From assembly GCA_002269645.1 (NCBI GenBank), contig NIVC01001385.1:62001-126000 (forward strand): a DNA stretch of 64,000 nucleotides. Direction: 5' to 3'. How positions within the stretch are numbered: the stretch's first letter is position 1; each line of letters begins with the position of its first letter. Below are positions 36,672 to 51,513 of the stretch, in pieces. The notes beneath the pieces were generated by a model that saw only the letters and a list, made by a program, of their open reading frames with translations, was not told the origin of the DNA and did no database searches. The position numbers were made by a program, and so were the translations under genes. This DNA is from Macrostomum lignano. Its lineage: Eukaryota.

Positions 36672-38949
36672 AATTTAAGTGAAAAAATAAAAATTGATAT
36701 TCAATATGCTATTGGTTGATTGGTGAAAATAGAACATTCTTTATTAACATTGTCAAAACAATTCAGTAGTTTCAATTCAATTCAATTAATTATAACAATG
36801 CATTTTATGCAATTAGCATATACCAAAAAGATGGGAAAAATAACATGGCGAAATCCAAAAACGTGGGATAAAACGGTAAACATATTTGCGGACATTCGAT
36901 GGAAGGTAATGTATCTAAAAAGCTTTTTGAAAGATAGATAAGACTTTCAAAAACAGTTCTGGATAAAAACTATTGTTTTCATGCTTTACATTGCTGAATA
37001 AATGAGTAAAAAACCACAAAAAAGCATTTTAAAAGTCCGAGTTGACCGATTTGCAATTTTTTGTTTCACTTTTTTAATTTACAAACAATTAATTTTAAGA
37101 CTTGTAGACCTTGGAGTAGGCTAATTTTTTCACTACTTACAAAACAAATTATTCTGTGTTTCAGCATTCAGCTCTGTCTAGACGACCTTCGGAACCTTCA
37201 ACGGAGTGCCACCATCTGTAACTCTCCAATTTAACATGGTGCAAAAGCATAGTATATTATGCAAACATGCCTGGTTTGGTGCCTTGATAGAAAAAAAGGA
37301 TGTTGGCGGTTTCAGCTCGTCGGGGCCGCGTGGTGGCACTCCGTTGAAGGTCCTGAAGGTCGCCTGTATGTCCACAGGTCAGCCTAGAGGAATTAATCGT
37401 CTATTTAATTCACCGATTATGTCTACTGACTGAATGCTGCATGCAGAAGAGGATTATTCCATTTCAGTTTTGGGAACGCAGCCGTCTCTGAGATGCCAAT
37501 CAGGTGCTTTTGTTGAAGGTCCCGACGGTCGCCGCCAATGCTCCAGACTGTGATGAAGGGGACCCTGGTTCCTGGGATACTGAGAAGAAAAGCCTATACG
37601 ACTGATATGCATAGTTTGTTGAGCCGAAGTTAGCAGGAAAAATTAGCCATTGTTGGTGGTTTTTGCCACCAGACACCCCGAGGAGAATCGTTGAATATCT
37701 CGACGATGCCGATTTTTCGTGATTCTCGAAGTTGATTCATCGAATAGAGCGGAAAATGTTAGTCCGTGTTCTGGATTTTCATGGCAATTGGTTGAATCTT
37801 TTTGGAGATCCAGACAAAGGAAAAATGCAGTGTGTATTTGAAATACACCCTATAGTATTTCTACTGTTAAACAATTAAAGTGTAAAAATTACTTACAGGC
37901 TAAGTCCCGTCAATTACTAAAACAGTGGAATGCCTATATTTCCCAGTATTTTTAGGATAAATAGTAGGATGAATACGAGACATTGTACGGTTATCTGTGG
38001 CAGACTCGTAAAATTGTACTGTTCGTCGCAGCTTATCTTTCGATTAGCTGCTTCTGCATAAATGTCATTCTGTCCAAAGCAACGCTATATCCTGTAATTT
38101 AGAGCCAGCTTTCCTATCCTATTCCAGGTTCGCTTACGGAGATTTTGATATAAGAAAAGGTGGGCTTTGGGGCCTCGCTTTTTTACTCATGCTTAGAGTT
38201 CGGATACCACTCCACTAGGAAAAATTCTACACATCTGGCTACACATATGGCCCGATCGGGGCAGGCGTAATTATTCATTTTTCATTATTCGAAAAGAGTC
38301 TGTAAAGATAGGTAAAGATTGCTGTCGGCTTCACATCTGTCTCAATTTTAGGATGGACCGCAACTGTCTTCATGCTCGTGCGAACCGCTCCTTCTAAGAT
38401 GAATTTATTCTAGGCTGCTGTACAGATTCTAGATTTTTAGTTTCAGGTTCCTGATATTAGATATTCATGTTCACTTTGGGCCGAAAACAAGACAGTTTCT
38501 ATTTGATCAATCAACTAGGAAGATTGAAAATCCTAAAAAATATTAATATCATTTAAAAACAATGCAAGTGGCCACAAAATTTATTATGCAACTGTAATAT
38601 TTCCTGAATTCGTCTATACTCATAAGGGAAACAAATATTTGTATATTTTTCGATATATTTTATGCAAGCTTACATAGGAAGTGCATATAAAATAGCCCGC
38701 ATAAGATTTAATAGTTATTAAAAATTGCTTTACGAACTGTAGTACCTATTTAGCATTACCATTACGAGTATTTTAAGGAAAAGTGATACTGTAAAATACT
38801 TTAATCTATAGGCATAGGAACTGCTAGTTAAGTGGTCTGCTAGTTATAAATTTGGCCCTGGCCCCTACATATCTCGAAACCGATAGGAAATTGCGTTCGC
38901 CACCGCACGGCTCCGGCAACTGAAAATAATAACGGGAGTCGAAGAGTTT

Positions 38950-39095
38950 CAAAGTAGCATGTGAAAGAGTTGGAGACAGGGAAAGATTGAGGTGCCAAAA
39001 GTGCAAAGTAGCATGTGAAAGACTTGGAGACAGGGAAAGATAGTGCACAAAAGTGCAAAATAGCATGTGAAAGACTTGGAGACGGAAAGATTGAG
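38950..39095. repeat. About 53-bp tandem repeat, 3 copies
   Basis: aaagtagcatgtgaaagacttggagacagggaaagat.. repeated three times. Confidence 0.85.
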
Positions 39096-39695
39096 CTGAC
39101 AAAATGACATCAATTTTTGCCTACAAAATAAAGCAACAGTCTGCATCGCAGGTCTGCATCGCGCGCACTGTTCAATCGTTGGCTTTTAGTGCTAAGAGCT
39201 AAAGAGCTAAGAGCTAAAGCTTAAAACCTCACGGTGCCTTCTGAAAATTGGCATAATTTATGCCAGAGATGAGAGATTTATTCTGTAGAGTAGAAAATCA
39301 AATACATGTATGTCTATAAAATAATAGATCAAGTGTTTAAAACAACGAAACGATCATATGAAACTTGCGTCTAGCATACTTCGTAGGAAATATAATCCAT
39401 ATACTTTTAAATGGATTAGTAGTATTCTGTAGGCTGCTGAACTCGATGCTTGGACAAGATGGGCGAAAACTAATGGCAATTAATTTGCTCAAGAATGAAA
39501 CTAAGCTTCCGTTATTTGTCACACCCATCCACTAGAGTTCCTACTACTCGTAGTATGTATCTGTAAGTTCGTGATAGCGGAATCCCAAAGTCGGTCGGTC
39601 GTACACCACCCAATTTCATCACTACACAATGCGCTTAAGCAAGCCACGAGATTCAATAATTCAGACAAAGTATTTAGCAAGGTGTCATGGTAAAG

Positions 39696-39750
39696 CAGGG
39701 GTAGGCAAACTCTGGCCTGCGAAGCCTCGCTATCCGGCCCTCGGGTCCTT
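39696..39750 (+). mobile_element. hAT (Charlie-type) terminal fragment
   Basis: CAGGGGTAGGCAAACTCTGGCC..ATCCGGCCC, a typical hAT end; no partner end seen. Confidence 0.55.
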
Positions 39751-39959
39751 TGAAACTTCACAATAGCACAATAGCAATCCAGTTTGTGTCTTTTCTCAGA
39801 TTTCTTCTCTGTAATCTCTCTCCTTTCTCCTATCTCTCTTCCTCTCTTCGGCGAGTGCCTGCGGCGCCAAAATGAAAACCTACGGCGCCAAAAGAGCGTT
39901 GACAGGCACGTTTACGCTAAGAAATAGATAATTAAAATCTCGCTAATAATGACAACCTG

Positions 39960-40459
39960 AAATCCTTCAGGCTTTATGTTCCTCTCAGCCAGTCGACCTT
40001 TCACTTCCTCCAGGCTCAGAGGGCTGGTATTAACTTCATCTTCAAATGCCTCTCTCAAGGCTTCCAAGCGTTAAACTTCGATCCTTCTCTAGCCGACCGG
40101 AGGCAGTGGCAATGGAAGCGGAGTGTCGAACAGCGGCTGGCTTTGAGGACAGATAATACGGTGCGTTAGCAATAATAGTTGGCACTGCGTCCCTCTTTAC
40201 CTTTTCACCAGCTCCGTGGTGAAGTTCTTCTATCTGTGAAAATTATTTTCGGGATGTTCCTCGATGAAGTCACTTGTACAAGTGCAGGGAGCACATTCTC
40301 GGGTGCTTGGAAGGAACACAGTCTTGGCTTGGCTTTCATCCATAAAGCTTCAAGAGCTTCGTCTTTCGGAAAATAATGAAATGTCACCTTTGTCTCGGCT
40401 TGTTGCGGATGAGTTTTGTAGCCACTTGTGCCGCCAAATGCACAACACAATTGTAACAC
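39960..40459 (-). pseudogene. THAP zinc-finger transposase remnant
   Basis: CCAFGGTSGY..TFHYFPKDEALEALW, frameshifted RMCSLH, then KRDAVPTIIANAPYYLS (AVPTIF box). Confidence 0.75.
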
Positions 40460-41069
40460 ATGCTCTTTTAGTAGTTAATATGGAGGACTGATGAGATACA
40501 ATTAAAAAATTAAATCAGTAAGGTAGATTGAGATTGCAAGATTGCAGGAAAACTACGTGTATATATACTTCCTACTCCACCAACCAAGAAGCCTGTCTGT
40601 TACTTATTTGTCTGGGATATAATCCCCATCATTTTCTCCTTATGATGGGGATTCTATTATACGTTCGTATAATAGGAGCACGGAAAGAATGAGAGTACAT
40701 TCACGAACAGAAAAGAAGAAAGGAATGAGAGTGGGATATAAAGAGGCATGCTGGGGTCGAGTGACACGAAGCCCAATCTGTACTCTGAAATCCCTAGAAG
40801 CCTTGTATGCACTTGCTACCTTACCTTTTAACTAAGACTTGGTTCCGAAGCGCACAAAAACAAAGCTGAAGCACTGAACCTGTATTTCGTCTCTTCCCAC
40901 ACCCCACCCACATAAAGACCAATAGGCACGAATTACTAGCTGGAACAGTCTCAAAATAGAAAGGGAAGAGAGAGAGGACCTCTGGGGTCCAGGCCAGAGG
41001 GGAAAATGCTTACCACGCATTCGTGTTGGACTTGGCCGTGTCGTACGCCAAATTAAATTTTTTTGTTTC

Positions 41070-41770
41070 TTGTCCAGACCTTATACTATTCAGGGGTCCG
41101 TGGGTAGTGTTTTGTCCTCGGGTGAAAGACTCTTGAAGTTCGGGGCCATATTTAAGATTTCTCGAAAGAACCTATTTCGAATGGGAATGCAAAATGTCAA
41201 GCTGCATTTAAAAAGAAAAAGAGTTTCGTTTTCTAATTCAGTTCTATTCTTAGGGCAAATCCTGTCTTCAAATGAGACTTTAGGTCTTGCAGCTCTTAAT
41301 GTCTCGCAAGCTAGTTTGTGGCTTCCGAGTCTGAAGGTTGACAAGGTTTTTCGAAGCTCGGGGTCTGTGATTTCCGTAAGGTATCTTTTTCGTGAGTGAT
41401 ATCTTTGCAAAGCTATAGTAAAAATGTTTCAGTTTCTTAGAGTTTTCCACTTTCTGTCTCCAGTGTCTGTCATATTCTGGCACAAAGTTTGTCCTATGTC
41501 GCTTAATTGCCTTTGAAATGCTTGCGTCCTTACAGTCTTTCATCACTTCGCTGTTCATTTTCGCCATTAAGCCTACTTCCCTATAAGTGGGATCGATTAT
41601 CAATTTGGAGACGATTGAATCTCCACGATTTGCAAGGTAGGCCCAGAAATGAATACTCATATTTTGAATATTGTAAAGGAGGGGCAGCTTTCCTAATTCT
41701 GATCAGGCAGAGTGAGCAGACATCCCAACGCACAGGTTTTTCCAGAGTCTTCAGCTGGAATTATAAAGCT
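41070..41770 (-). mobile_element. 3' fragment of a CR1-group LINE ORF2 (Crack/Daphne-like)
   Basis: ELGKLPLL..HFWAYL; LRKTLSTFRLGSHKLACET..DRICP..ENET..FKC..IRNRFF; frameshifted. Confidence 0.75.
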
Positions 41771-41848
41771 AACTGTAAACTAGCTCGTAAATGTTCCACA
41801 AATTACAAGACTTAGCAGTCGCACTATTGAAAAGTTTGCAATACTCAC

Positions 41849-42051
41849 GCGCAGTTCGCGAATTTCGGCGCGCAGTTCGGCGCTTGATGCGCGCATTTCG
41901 GCGTTTGATGCGCGCATTTCGGTGCGCAGTTCGCGAATTTCGGCGCTTGATGCGCGCATTTCGGTGCGCAGTTCGCGAATTTCAGCGCTTGATGCGCACA
42001 TTTCGGCGCGCATTTCAGCGAGCATTTCGCGCATTTCAGTGTAGTCGCAGA
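41849..42051 (-). CDS. Isolated exon encoding a heptad-repeat coiled coil (EMRASSAEIRELRT repeats)
   Basis: Acceptor attttag, donor gtgagt, 203 nt open, built from 21/42-bp repeats; parent gene unidentified. Confidence 0.45.
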
Positions 42052-42299
42052 CTAAAATATGAAGCCGAAGAATTAAAAAGCGACAACAGTTTAAAGTCAG
42101 AAACTCAAATGCAATCATCAACATCGCCTAAACCTCTTATCATCATCACCCTATACTAAGCGTCCAAGATAAGTTTGTTGGTTTTTTGTACCGCTCTAGT
42201 GATTGAATGCGTTAACCATTTTTATTGCGTTGATTGTATTGATCCAAGGATTAGACTGATAATTTTTTGTCTCAATGCTAAGGGTAGTAAATAATCGGA

Positions 42300-42640
42300 C
42301 CTTTCTAATTCTTTTTTATTTTCTTGAATGCACGTGGCCTAATCAGGTCAGCTGTGTACTCGTAGCCACCAGCACAGCTGCAGCTATTGCGCGGCGCATC
42401 TTAACGCTGCGTACAGCATTTCAGTCCATGGACTGGGGGAGAGGCCCCACTCATCCTCAATTATCTAGCTAATGCTGGTACTCATATTACAGCTGGCCTG
42501 GGTGAAATGAAGCAATTCAGCACTCAGGACATCAGTCAAATGTTCAGAGCTAAATAGATACAAATTGCACCAACGGACTCTGGAATCAAACACCGGACCT
42601 AAATTCGTGAGTCCGACACTCTAACCACTAGGCTACAAGC
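42300..42640 (-). mobile_element. tRNA-derived SINE
   Basis: A box TAGCCTAGTGG, B box GTTTGATTCC, central CACCCAG..GTAATATGAGTACC motif, A-rich tail. Confidence 0.65.
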
Positions 42641-43057
42641 AACAAAAATCATCAAATTTAAATCAACAAAAGTCTAGTTTCAATGCTTACCTACTTCGCT
42701 AGCACCGCTTTCTGCCTGGGAATCCATCATGCTAGTTAAAATTCAAAATAAGATCTAAACACCTAGCTGCAATGATTTTTCGGGATTTGTTGTGTAAACA
42801 TGGCAACGACATGGGCGGAGTGGAGCCTATGATGTTAAAAAGTATGTTAAATATATTTTTAAAAACCTAAACTTTCATTGAGTTGAAATTATTTTTGGCT
42901 TAAGGGGAAAACGGCCGAGTTAAAATTAAATCTGTTGTACTCGTACCACTGAGATCAAGGATGTGCTTACACGAATGAATGGGAGAGGTCATACAGATTG
43001 AAGGAGGTACTAAATTTATTTATTAAATTCTTATAGCCTAAATTTTTCCTAAATTCT

Positions 43058-43430
43058 AAAGTGCTATGAGATTATGGCTAAAGTGCTATGAGATTATGGC
43101 TAAAGTGCTATGGGATTATGGCTAAAGTGCTATGGGATTATGGCTAAAGTGCTTTGAGGTTATGGCTAAAGTGCTTTGAGATTATGGCTAAACTTAGAGG
43201 AGATTATGGCTCAAGTACTTTAAGATTATAGCTTAACTGCTAATATGATTATGACAAGATTGAAATGAGATTATGGCTCAATTGTTATATGTTTAACTAA
43301 AATGAGATCATAGCCAATGTTGCTTTGAGATTATGGCTAAACTTCTTCAAGTTTATAGGCTAAACTGAAATGAGATTATTGCTTCGAGACTATGTCTCAA
43401 CTGCTATGAAATTATGGCCAAAATGAAATG
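43058..43430. repeat. 22-bp minisatellite (aaagtgctatgagattatggct), degrading rightwards
   Basis: About six near-perfect copies followed by degenerate copies. Confidence 0.92.
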
Positions 43431-43958
43431 AGATTGTGACTAAAGAAAACAAAGTTTTAATGAAAAAATCTTGTGTTATTATGAATTGGTCTAGAGTGAT
43501 ATGCAGTTTGAGAGTGAAGGAGCTAAAAAATGTCTTACTGTGACATTGGGCTACATTTGAAAAATACTCAACATTATCTGGACTATGGTAAGCATAAAGG
43601 GGGACTATATAATTGAGGGACCCCAAAAGAATTGAGATCCTAGACCCCAAGTCCTAGGATCCTCAGATTTTGGGATTTGGGATACAAGAATTGACTTCCC
43701 TACTAAACTGATATTTCAAGAATAAATTACCTTTTAAGGACAACCATAGGGTCAAGTCAAAATAGTTTACAAATCAATCAATTTAAAATAATGGGTTATT
43801 GCAGTTTGCGTATGTTATTTATTTTAAGAAGATATTGAGATAAGATATTTAAAGCAAGGAAGCTATAATCCTTAGGTCACGAGGAACACCTAATAAGCAG
43901 ACTGAAACAAATACAAATACTATATTGAGCTAGCCTAACCAGCTTATAAATACATATA

Positions 43959-44560
43959 TCTCTACATATAAAAATCAAAACTCTGTCTGTCTGTCTGTGT
44001 GTGTGTACAATTTTGTTCGCTTTGGACTCCCAAACTACTCAACCAAATTACACTAAATTTTGCACCTAGCCTAAACTCACTACGGAGAATGTCTTAGGCT
44101 ACCTTAAAATTTCCTAAATTTGAATCTTCCTACCTGAAAGTGCAAAAAACTGCTTAAAATGCGCGATTTTTTTGCTAAATCCTTTATAGCGCCGCTCCAC
44201 TTCTACAGATCCTCTTCAAATTTGACACAATTAATCTTCAACTGTGTAAAGTTTGTGACGTTGCCAGTTTAAGGTGGTCCCGATAAAAGGGCCGTTGGAC
44301 TGCTGTTCCTCTATAGTTTCAACCCTTCAGTTTCACCGTTTCAACTAAACTGTTCCATTTGTTTATTGCGACGTTTACTTGTAGTAGTGCCCAACGATTT
44401 TGTGGCAATTTCTAATTCACTGTATATTTTGCTATCCTCTCTCGCGACCGTATAAAATTGGCACGATCGATAATTTTAAGTTCTCTCGCCAGCCAATGAA
44501 ATCACTCGTGCTCGCGCTACCCCCCTCTGCGCTCTTTTATTAAACCCCCCCCGCCTGGCG
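43959..44560 (+). mobile_element. Possible non-autonomous Helitron/HINE
   Basis: TC..ATATAAAAAT start followed by (TCTG)n/(TG)n; a GCCTG-gcgg-CAGGC hairpin near 44540; canonical CTAG end not seen. Confidence 0.4.
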
Positions 44561-45559
44561 GCAGGCACTCCTCTCTCCCTGTCTGTCCTTGGCCTTGTGT
44601 GTGTTTTTGCGTTCCTGTCTGGCTGCCTCGAGCCTCCTTATTTCTCACCACGGCCCCTCTGCCTGGGCCAGCCTGCTCACACACTTACTTGACTGTCTCA
44701 CGCCACGACCGACGCCAAACTCGCCACTACGTTTCACTGCCTTCACTGTGCTCATAGCCACTGCTCACGTCACGTCGCCATTGTGTCATTCGCCTGCCAC
44801 TTGACTTCATATCCAAATTATATTCAACCCATTGTTGCAGCCGCCAGTGCCCAGAAAGCTATAGTCTGTTTATTGCCAGTAACAACCAAACTTAGTACTG
44901 ATATTAACAATAAAGACAACTACGGCAGTTCCTGCCTTTATCGCCAAGTGCTCCGCTACACCATCCACTTCGCCTAAGTTGACTTCAACTTCTTTTGGGA
45001 CTAAAACGGCCCTTTTAAGGGTCACGGCCAACATCAAATAACGTGACAAGTTTGTAAATCTTGTAAAATTTGGAGTCTCAAAGTTAATCATAAGCGGCGC
45101 TGTGCACTTTTAAAATTAGGCTGTTTTTTAAAAGAGGCAGCCACCCCAACCTCCGCCTGCCTCTCTTTCCCGATATGGGCCCAGATATGTAAAAGGGGTT
45201 TTAAAATTGACTAACTTTCGGCTGCCATAAGTTTGCTCCGTGTGAAGAAATTGACTTGATACTTGACACAATTCTTAATTGACTCATTCTCTGTCTAAAT
45301 GTAAAGTCTCAACTCTGTAACTCAATAAGAACAGAAACTGCAAGCATGTAAAGCTTGTCTGCTTTTTCTGTTGTTTGTGCCGCTCACTCACTCATTCCCC
45401 CGAATCCCCCAGCCCAGACCAAGGTTTAGGCGATAGGGCTCAGTTTTACTTAAAGGCACTTAAAAATGTTTCCAAAGAGAAGTATAATATAGGTTGTTAG
45501 ACTGCTGCGGTACAGTGGAGCTGGAAATACACAAATTGGCTGCAAATTGGCCAGAAAAA

Positions 45560-47030
<1,471 letters not shown>

Positions 47031-48172
47031 ATCAGAGGCAGAGGTCAGAGTTTGCCAATGTACATGTTTTTAGTCAGACAGACATTGCCGGACATTCTGC
47101 GTCTTAGTCAACTAAAAGTATTAAATGGCAAAGTAGCAACTACCAAATTACCAAAAGTACCAAATTAAAGTAAATACTCTACAAAGATTACAATAAATAT
47201 GCTTCTGATAAGAATTCTAAAGGTATAATTTCGTGTGAATTTAAAGGGTTTTATACTCAAAACTTACTAAAAACCACTATGGTAGGGCAGAATAAATATA
47301 AAAAGGGTTCTACAACACATAATTTTATATAACAAAATATATAATTTTAAAGGACTAACTTTATTGGAGTAAAAGTTTAAACGCATTTAAATTGTTATAG
47401 TGCAAAAAATTTTAGTAAGTAGCTAGACCTAAAAAGTTTAAAAAACTGTAAACTATTCTTTAAAGTATATGTAGAAGATAGGACAGCTATCTTGTTAGTG
47501 GGTAACTGTGGATAAATATGGATAGACCTATGCTATGTGGATAATTAGAAAATCATTCCCACTGCATAATGCAGAAGATAGGATAGCTAGCCATCATGGC
47601 AGTATGCTGTGTGGATAAGCTGAAAATTATTCCCACTGTACCACAGGAATTATAGCAGTCAGATATTATATCCTATGTAACATGGGGAAAAGCACTGCCA
47701 TTATAAATTGCCTCAAAACTTTACACTATATAAGATGTAAGATTGTTACCTCTTAGCTTAGCAGATTTAGTTCAATATAGTTATTTATTTTTCGGGCATG
47801 CAATGGGAATAATTTCTCACTTATTCATATGACATAAAGAAAACTTGACATATAGACAACTGACTATGGATAGTAGGCTAGTACTAGATATGGATACCAT
47901 AATCTAGGCATATTGTACTTCTGATTCTACTTGGCGGTGGCAATTTAGATTAGGTAATAAGTACCAGAAAATAGTTACATCGGCCCTATTTCTTAAATTC
48001 CATATCATAATGACATTTTGACATATGGGAATGCAATGCACAAAAGAACATACTAAGGGCAGTGAGCAGTGAGAGTAATCTAAGACAGTAGTCTAAGTTG
48101 TTTGAATTATTAGAGAAAAAGTATTCCTGTAGCATTAAAAAATCTGAGACTAGCTATGCCAAAAAATAATTA

Positions 48173-49487
48173 CGAGGGGTGATCAAAAAGTTCTGCAAGT
48201 GACCTCACAACTCAGTGTTACAACAGCCGAGGCGTCTAATCAGTGTCACATTCCCTTAAAGTACTTTCCACCACTATCTATGCACCATCGCAACGCGTAT
48301 GCACCATGTCTGAAAGCAGTCATGGTACTCCGAAGTTGGTAAAACCTGTAGAGCTGAATGTACCGCTTGGGCAAGGTCTTGCATGTGTGAAAACGGCCCA
48401 CCAGAAATGACGGATTTGATCCTCGGGAACAGCCAAAAGTCACAGGGTGCTAGGTCTGGAGAGTAGGGTTGATGGGGCAGCTGCTGCTCCATGTACGCCA
48501 TGGTTGAGGCCGCTCTGTGCGGTGCCGCATTTTCATGGTGCAGCAGGAGTCGAGGTCCATGCTTGGTTCGCGCACGTTCTTGCCGCTCCTGCAGCACGCC
48601 TGGCAGAGCAGTGTTTGTGTAGTACCTGGCAGTCATTGTGGCACCTGCTGGAAGGATGTTTACCGATACAACACCCTGAGAGTTGAAAAAATGGTGAATA
48701 TCCGCTTCCGACTGCGGAATCCGGTCTTCAGCACCTTGGGCCTCGGGCTCATCTTCTGCCAGCCCGACCATGTTGGACTGCTTATCCTTCATGGTAAAAG
48801 AAGTAGATCCAACATTCGTCTCCTGTGATGACATCCGACAGTCGTCGTGGGCCGTGGGGCTCAATGCTCAAACATTTGCACCCACAAGCCACAGATGTGC
48901 ACCCTCTCTGCTTGCTGCTCCGGAGTGAGAAGATGGGGTACCCACCGAGCGCAGGTCTTTGTGCGGCCTAGTTGCTCATGCATGATGTTATGAGCACTTC
49001 TATAGCTGACACCAAGCTCATAGGCAAGGAATCTCAGCATAATGCTCCAATCCTCAAGAATTATTACATCGGCTTGGGCCACGACATCTTCGGTCACGGA
49101 TGTCCGGGGTCGGCCAGACTTCGGTTCATCGTTGAAGCTGTCCCAGCCTTCCAAGAAATGGCGCAGCCACCGGGCAACCGTGTCTAATGATGGAGCAGAG
49201 TCAGCTAAAACATTCACCAGATCGGTATGAATCTCAGTCACTTTGAAACCAAGTTGCATGCACATAAAGATAAAGAAGCGAACACTGTCTTTTGATGTTT
49301 CCATCAGCTACTGAAAACACGTGGAAAATGTATGGCTGTGAAATTTGACTGGAGCACATTTGGAAGCCAAAAATGCATATTAATATAGCAAACAGATATA
49401 GCCGCATAAGTTTAAGTTTTTGGCTTTTGCCGATTCTATAACTAAAAGCTACAACAAAAGGTTGCAGAACTTTTTGATCACCCCTCG
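48173..49487 (-). mobile_element. Mariner element, 1315 bp, inactive
   Basis: Perfect 26-bp TIR CGAGGGGTGATCAAAAAGTTCTGCAA with TA flanks; WVPHLL, ITGDECW, HHENA (D to E), YSPDLAPCDF; stop and frameshifts. Confidence 0.95.
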
Positions 49488-50155
49488 TACAAAGATGAAT
49501 AATAAGAACAGGCTAAAACAAATTTGCCTAGATGTCTTGTCATGAAATAAAAATAGTACTAGACAAACCTACTGGAACATGAAGAGGCTTTGTACTACTG
49601 TTTAGTATCACCAAGTAAATAAATAAATAGAGCCGTGTGGTTCTGCCCTAGTAGCAGTGGTTGAACCAAAAAGCTATTTTTTAATAAAATTAAGTCCAAT
49701 ATGTATATAACTTTGACCGATCAATTGACTGTTGTGCAGTGTTCTATCATTCATTCATCGTTCATTAACTGACGCTGGTAGTTATTGATGTCAAGGCAAC
49801 CAGTGGGAAAATTAAAGAAAAAAACTATAAGAGAGAGAGAAAGACTGGAAAGAAAGTCTAAATATGGCTTCAAAACATTTTTTAAATATAAAAAAGTATT
49901 TCGCTTAGTTGCAAATTTTGAGACGTATATGTGACCTTTCTGCTACTGTAAAGAGTAATAAACGAGTAGTAAAAATATCGACTAGAAAGGCAAACTAAAT
50001 AAACAAAAGACAAACAAAACTAATAACACAATAATTGTGTAATAGCAAGATAAATGGCACAAAAACACGGCTGTGTTGATAACAAGACGGAAAAGAACAC
50101 TCAAGAAAAATAAACAAGTGAAATGAAAAGTTAACAATCATAATATACGCATTAT

Positions 50156-51513
50156 TTACCAACTGTCGCTAAATAACGCCACACTAGTCATGCTCAAAAT
50201 TATTAGGAGTTGGGATCGCGTAAGTATGCCCTTTACTACGAACAGAAATAAAGTGGGTATAAGCGCACTTACTATTGATCGCAACACAACAAGCTTCAGA
50301 AATAGAAAAAACTGCACATGATCTTCAAGTACACGAAGAAAAGTTAGAAGAACTGGTAACGCATGAAAGTTAAACCGTAAAAGCACGTCTTTGCGGCAAT
50401 GAAAAAGCCGTCCAATAAGAAAGTAGTCCGTCTTGTTTTGAACAATTTGCTCAATTTTAAGAAAGCGAATTCGTTTGAAGACTTTGCAAACAGCCAAATG
50501 CGAGCACGTTTGCCGATTCTCATCACCAGCTTTTGTGGTAAAAATAAGGCCGTTAATACGAATACTGCGAATGCTTTGAAGCCGATGAGACTTTTGAATA
50601 GGTTGGTGAGATTTTTGTTGCTTTGCGTACTTGCATTCTGAACTGGGCAAGATAAATTTTCGGCGAATATAATTCCTTATTACGTTGCGCACTTCGTCTT
50701 GGACACCATGCATTTCCGCCATAAGTCGACCGAAAAAAACTTTCGAACATTGAAGCTGTCATTTTGTAATCTCTTTGGTGGGTGCTGCTTCTTTTTAGAC
50801 CGGCTTGCAGAAGCCATAATGCTGAAAATTTAGTTTAAAGGCAAGAGCAGTAGAATAAATAAAGATCAAAAAGCAAAACAAGAATCTGCAAAAAAGCATA
50901 TCTATAAGCTGTATAAAGTAGACTATGATCTGAGATAGAGTATTATTTATAATAATGTTTGATATTTTTTCCTTAGAATTATCAATTTTTCAATGTTTGA
51001 TAAATTAATAATTAAAAAACAGTTTAGGCCCTATTATTAAACCTATCACAATCTCTATATCTCCTAATCAGAGGCGTCGGCAGAAGCTGGTCCAGTGAGC
51101 GCAGCTGCAGAGGCGTCGGCAGAAGCTGGTCCAGTGAGCGCAGCTGCAGAGGCGTCGGCAGAAGCTGGTCCAGTGAGCGCAGCTGCAGAGGCGTCGGCAG
51201 AAGCTGGTCCAGTGAGCGCAGCTGCAGAGGCGTCGGCAGGAGCTGGTCCAGTAACCATATCCTCTACGTTGCAGCTATATTGGGTTGATACGCGGACTGC
51301 CAGAGGCTGGAAGTCCTCATCGCTGTCCAGTTCGGTATCTGCAGGCTGGTGTTCATTTCCTTTTTTGGGGTTTGGTCGTCTGCTAGTCATTACTAGCTGA
51401 TGTGCCATAGGGGTGTTACTGCTAGTTTAATCCCACCGCTTAGCTACTAATTTTTTGTAGGGGTGTTTAATTATAGTTTGGTCCTACTGTTTAGCTACCA
51501 AATTTTTTGTGGG
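50156..51513 (-). mobile_element. Internally deleted CACTA/EnSpm element D: 5' terminus, repeat-rich N-terminus, transposase C-terminal remnant
   Basis: Terminus CCCACAAAAAATTTGGTAGCTAA with a subterminal copy; ORF 51408-51064 with 39-bp repeats (51071-51253); MFESF..HGVQDEVRNVIRNY..INGLIFTTK resembles an EnSpm transposase C-terminus. Confidence 0.6.

Noticed and set aside
40845-41060. Plus-strand CR1-like fragment (KNKAEALNLYF)
   Set aside because: Motif too short to support a call.
41780-41848. Transmembrane tail making the coiled-coil ORF a DUF1640-like protein
   Set aside because: The hydrophobic tail follows a strong GTGAGT donor and is probably intronic.
43058-43430. Possible CRISPR array (also 38950-39095, 62619-62762, 31261-31415)
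   Set aside because: Head-to-tail repeats without unique spacers, eukaryotic context, no cas genes.
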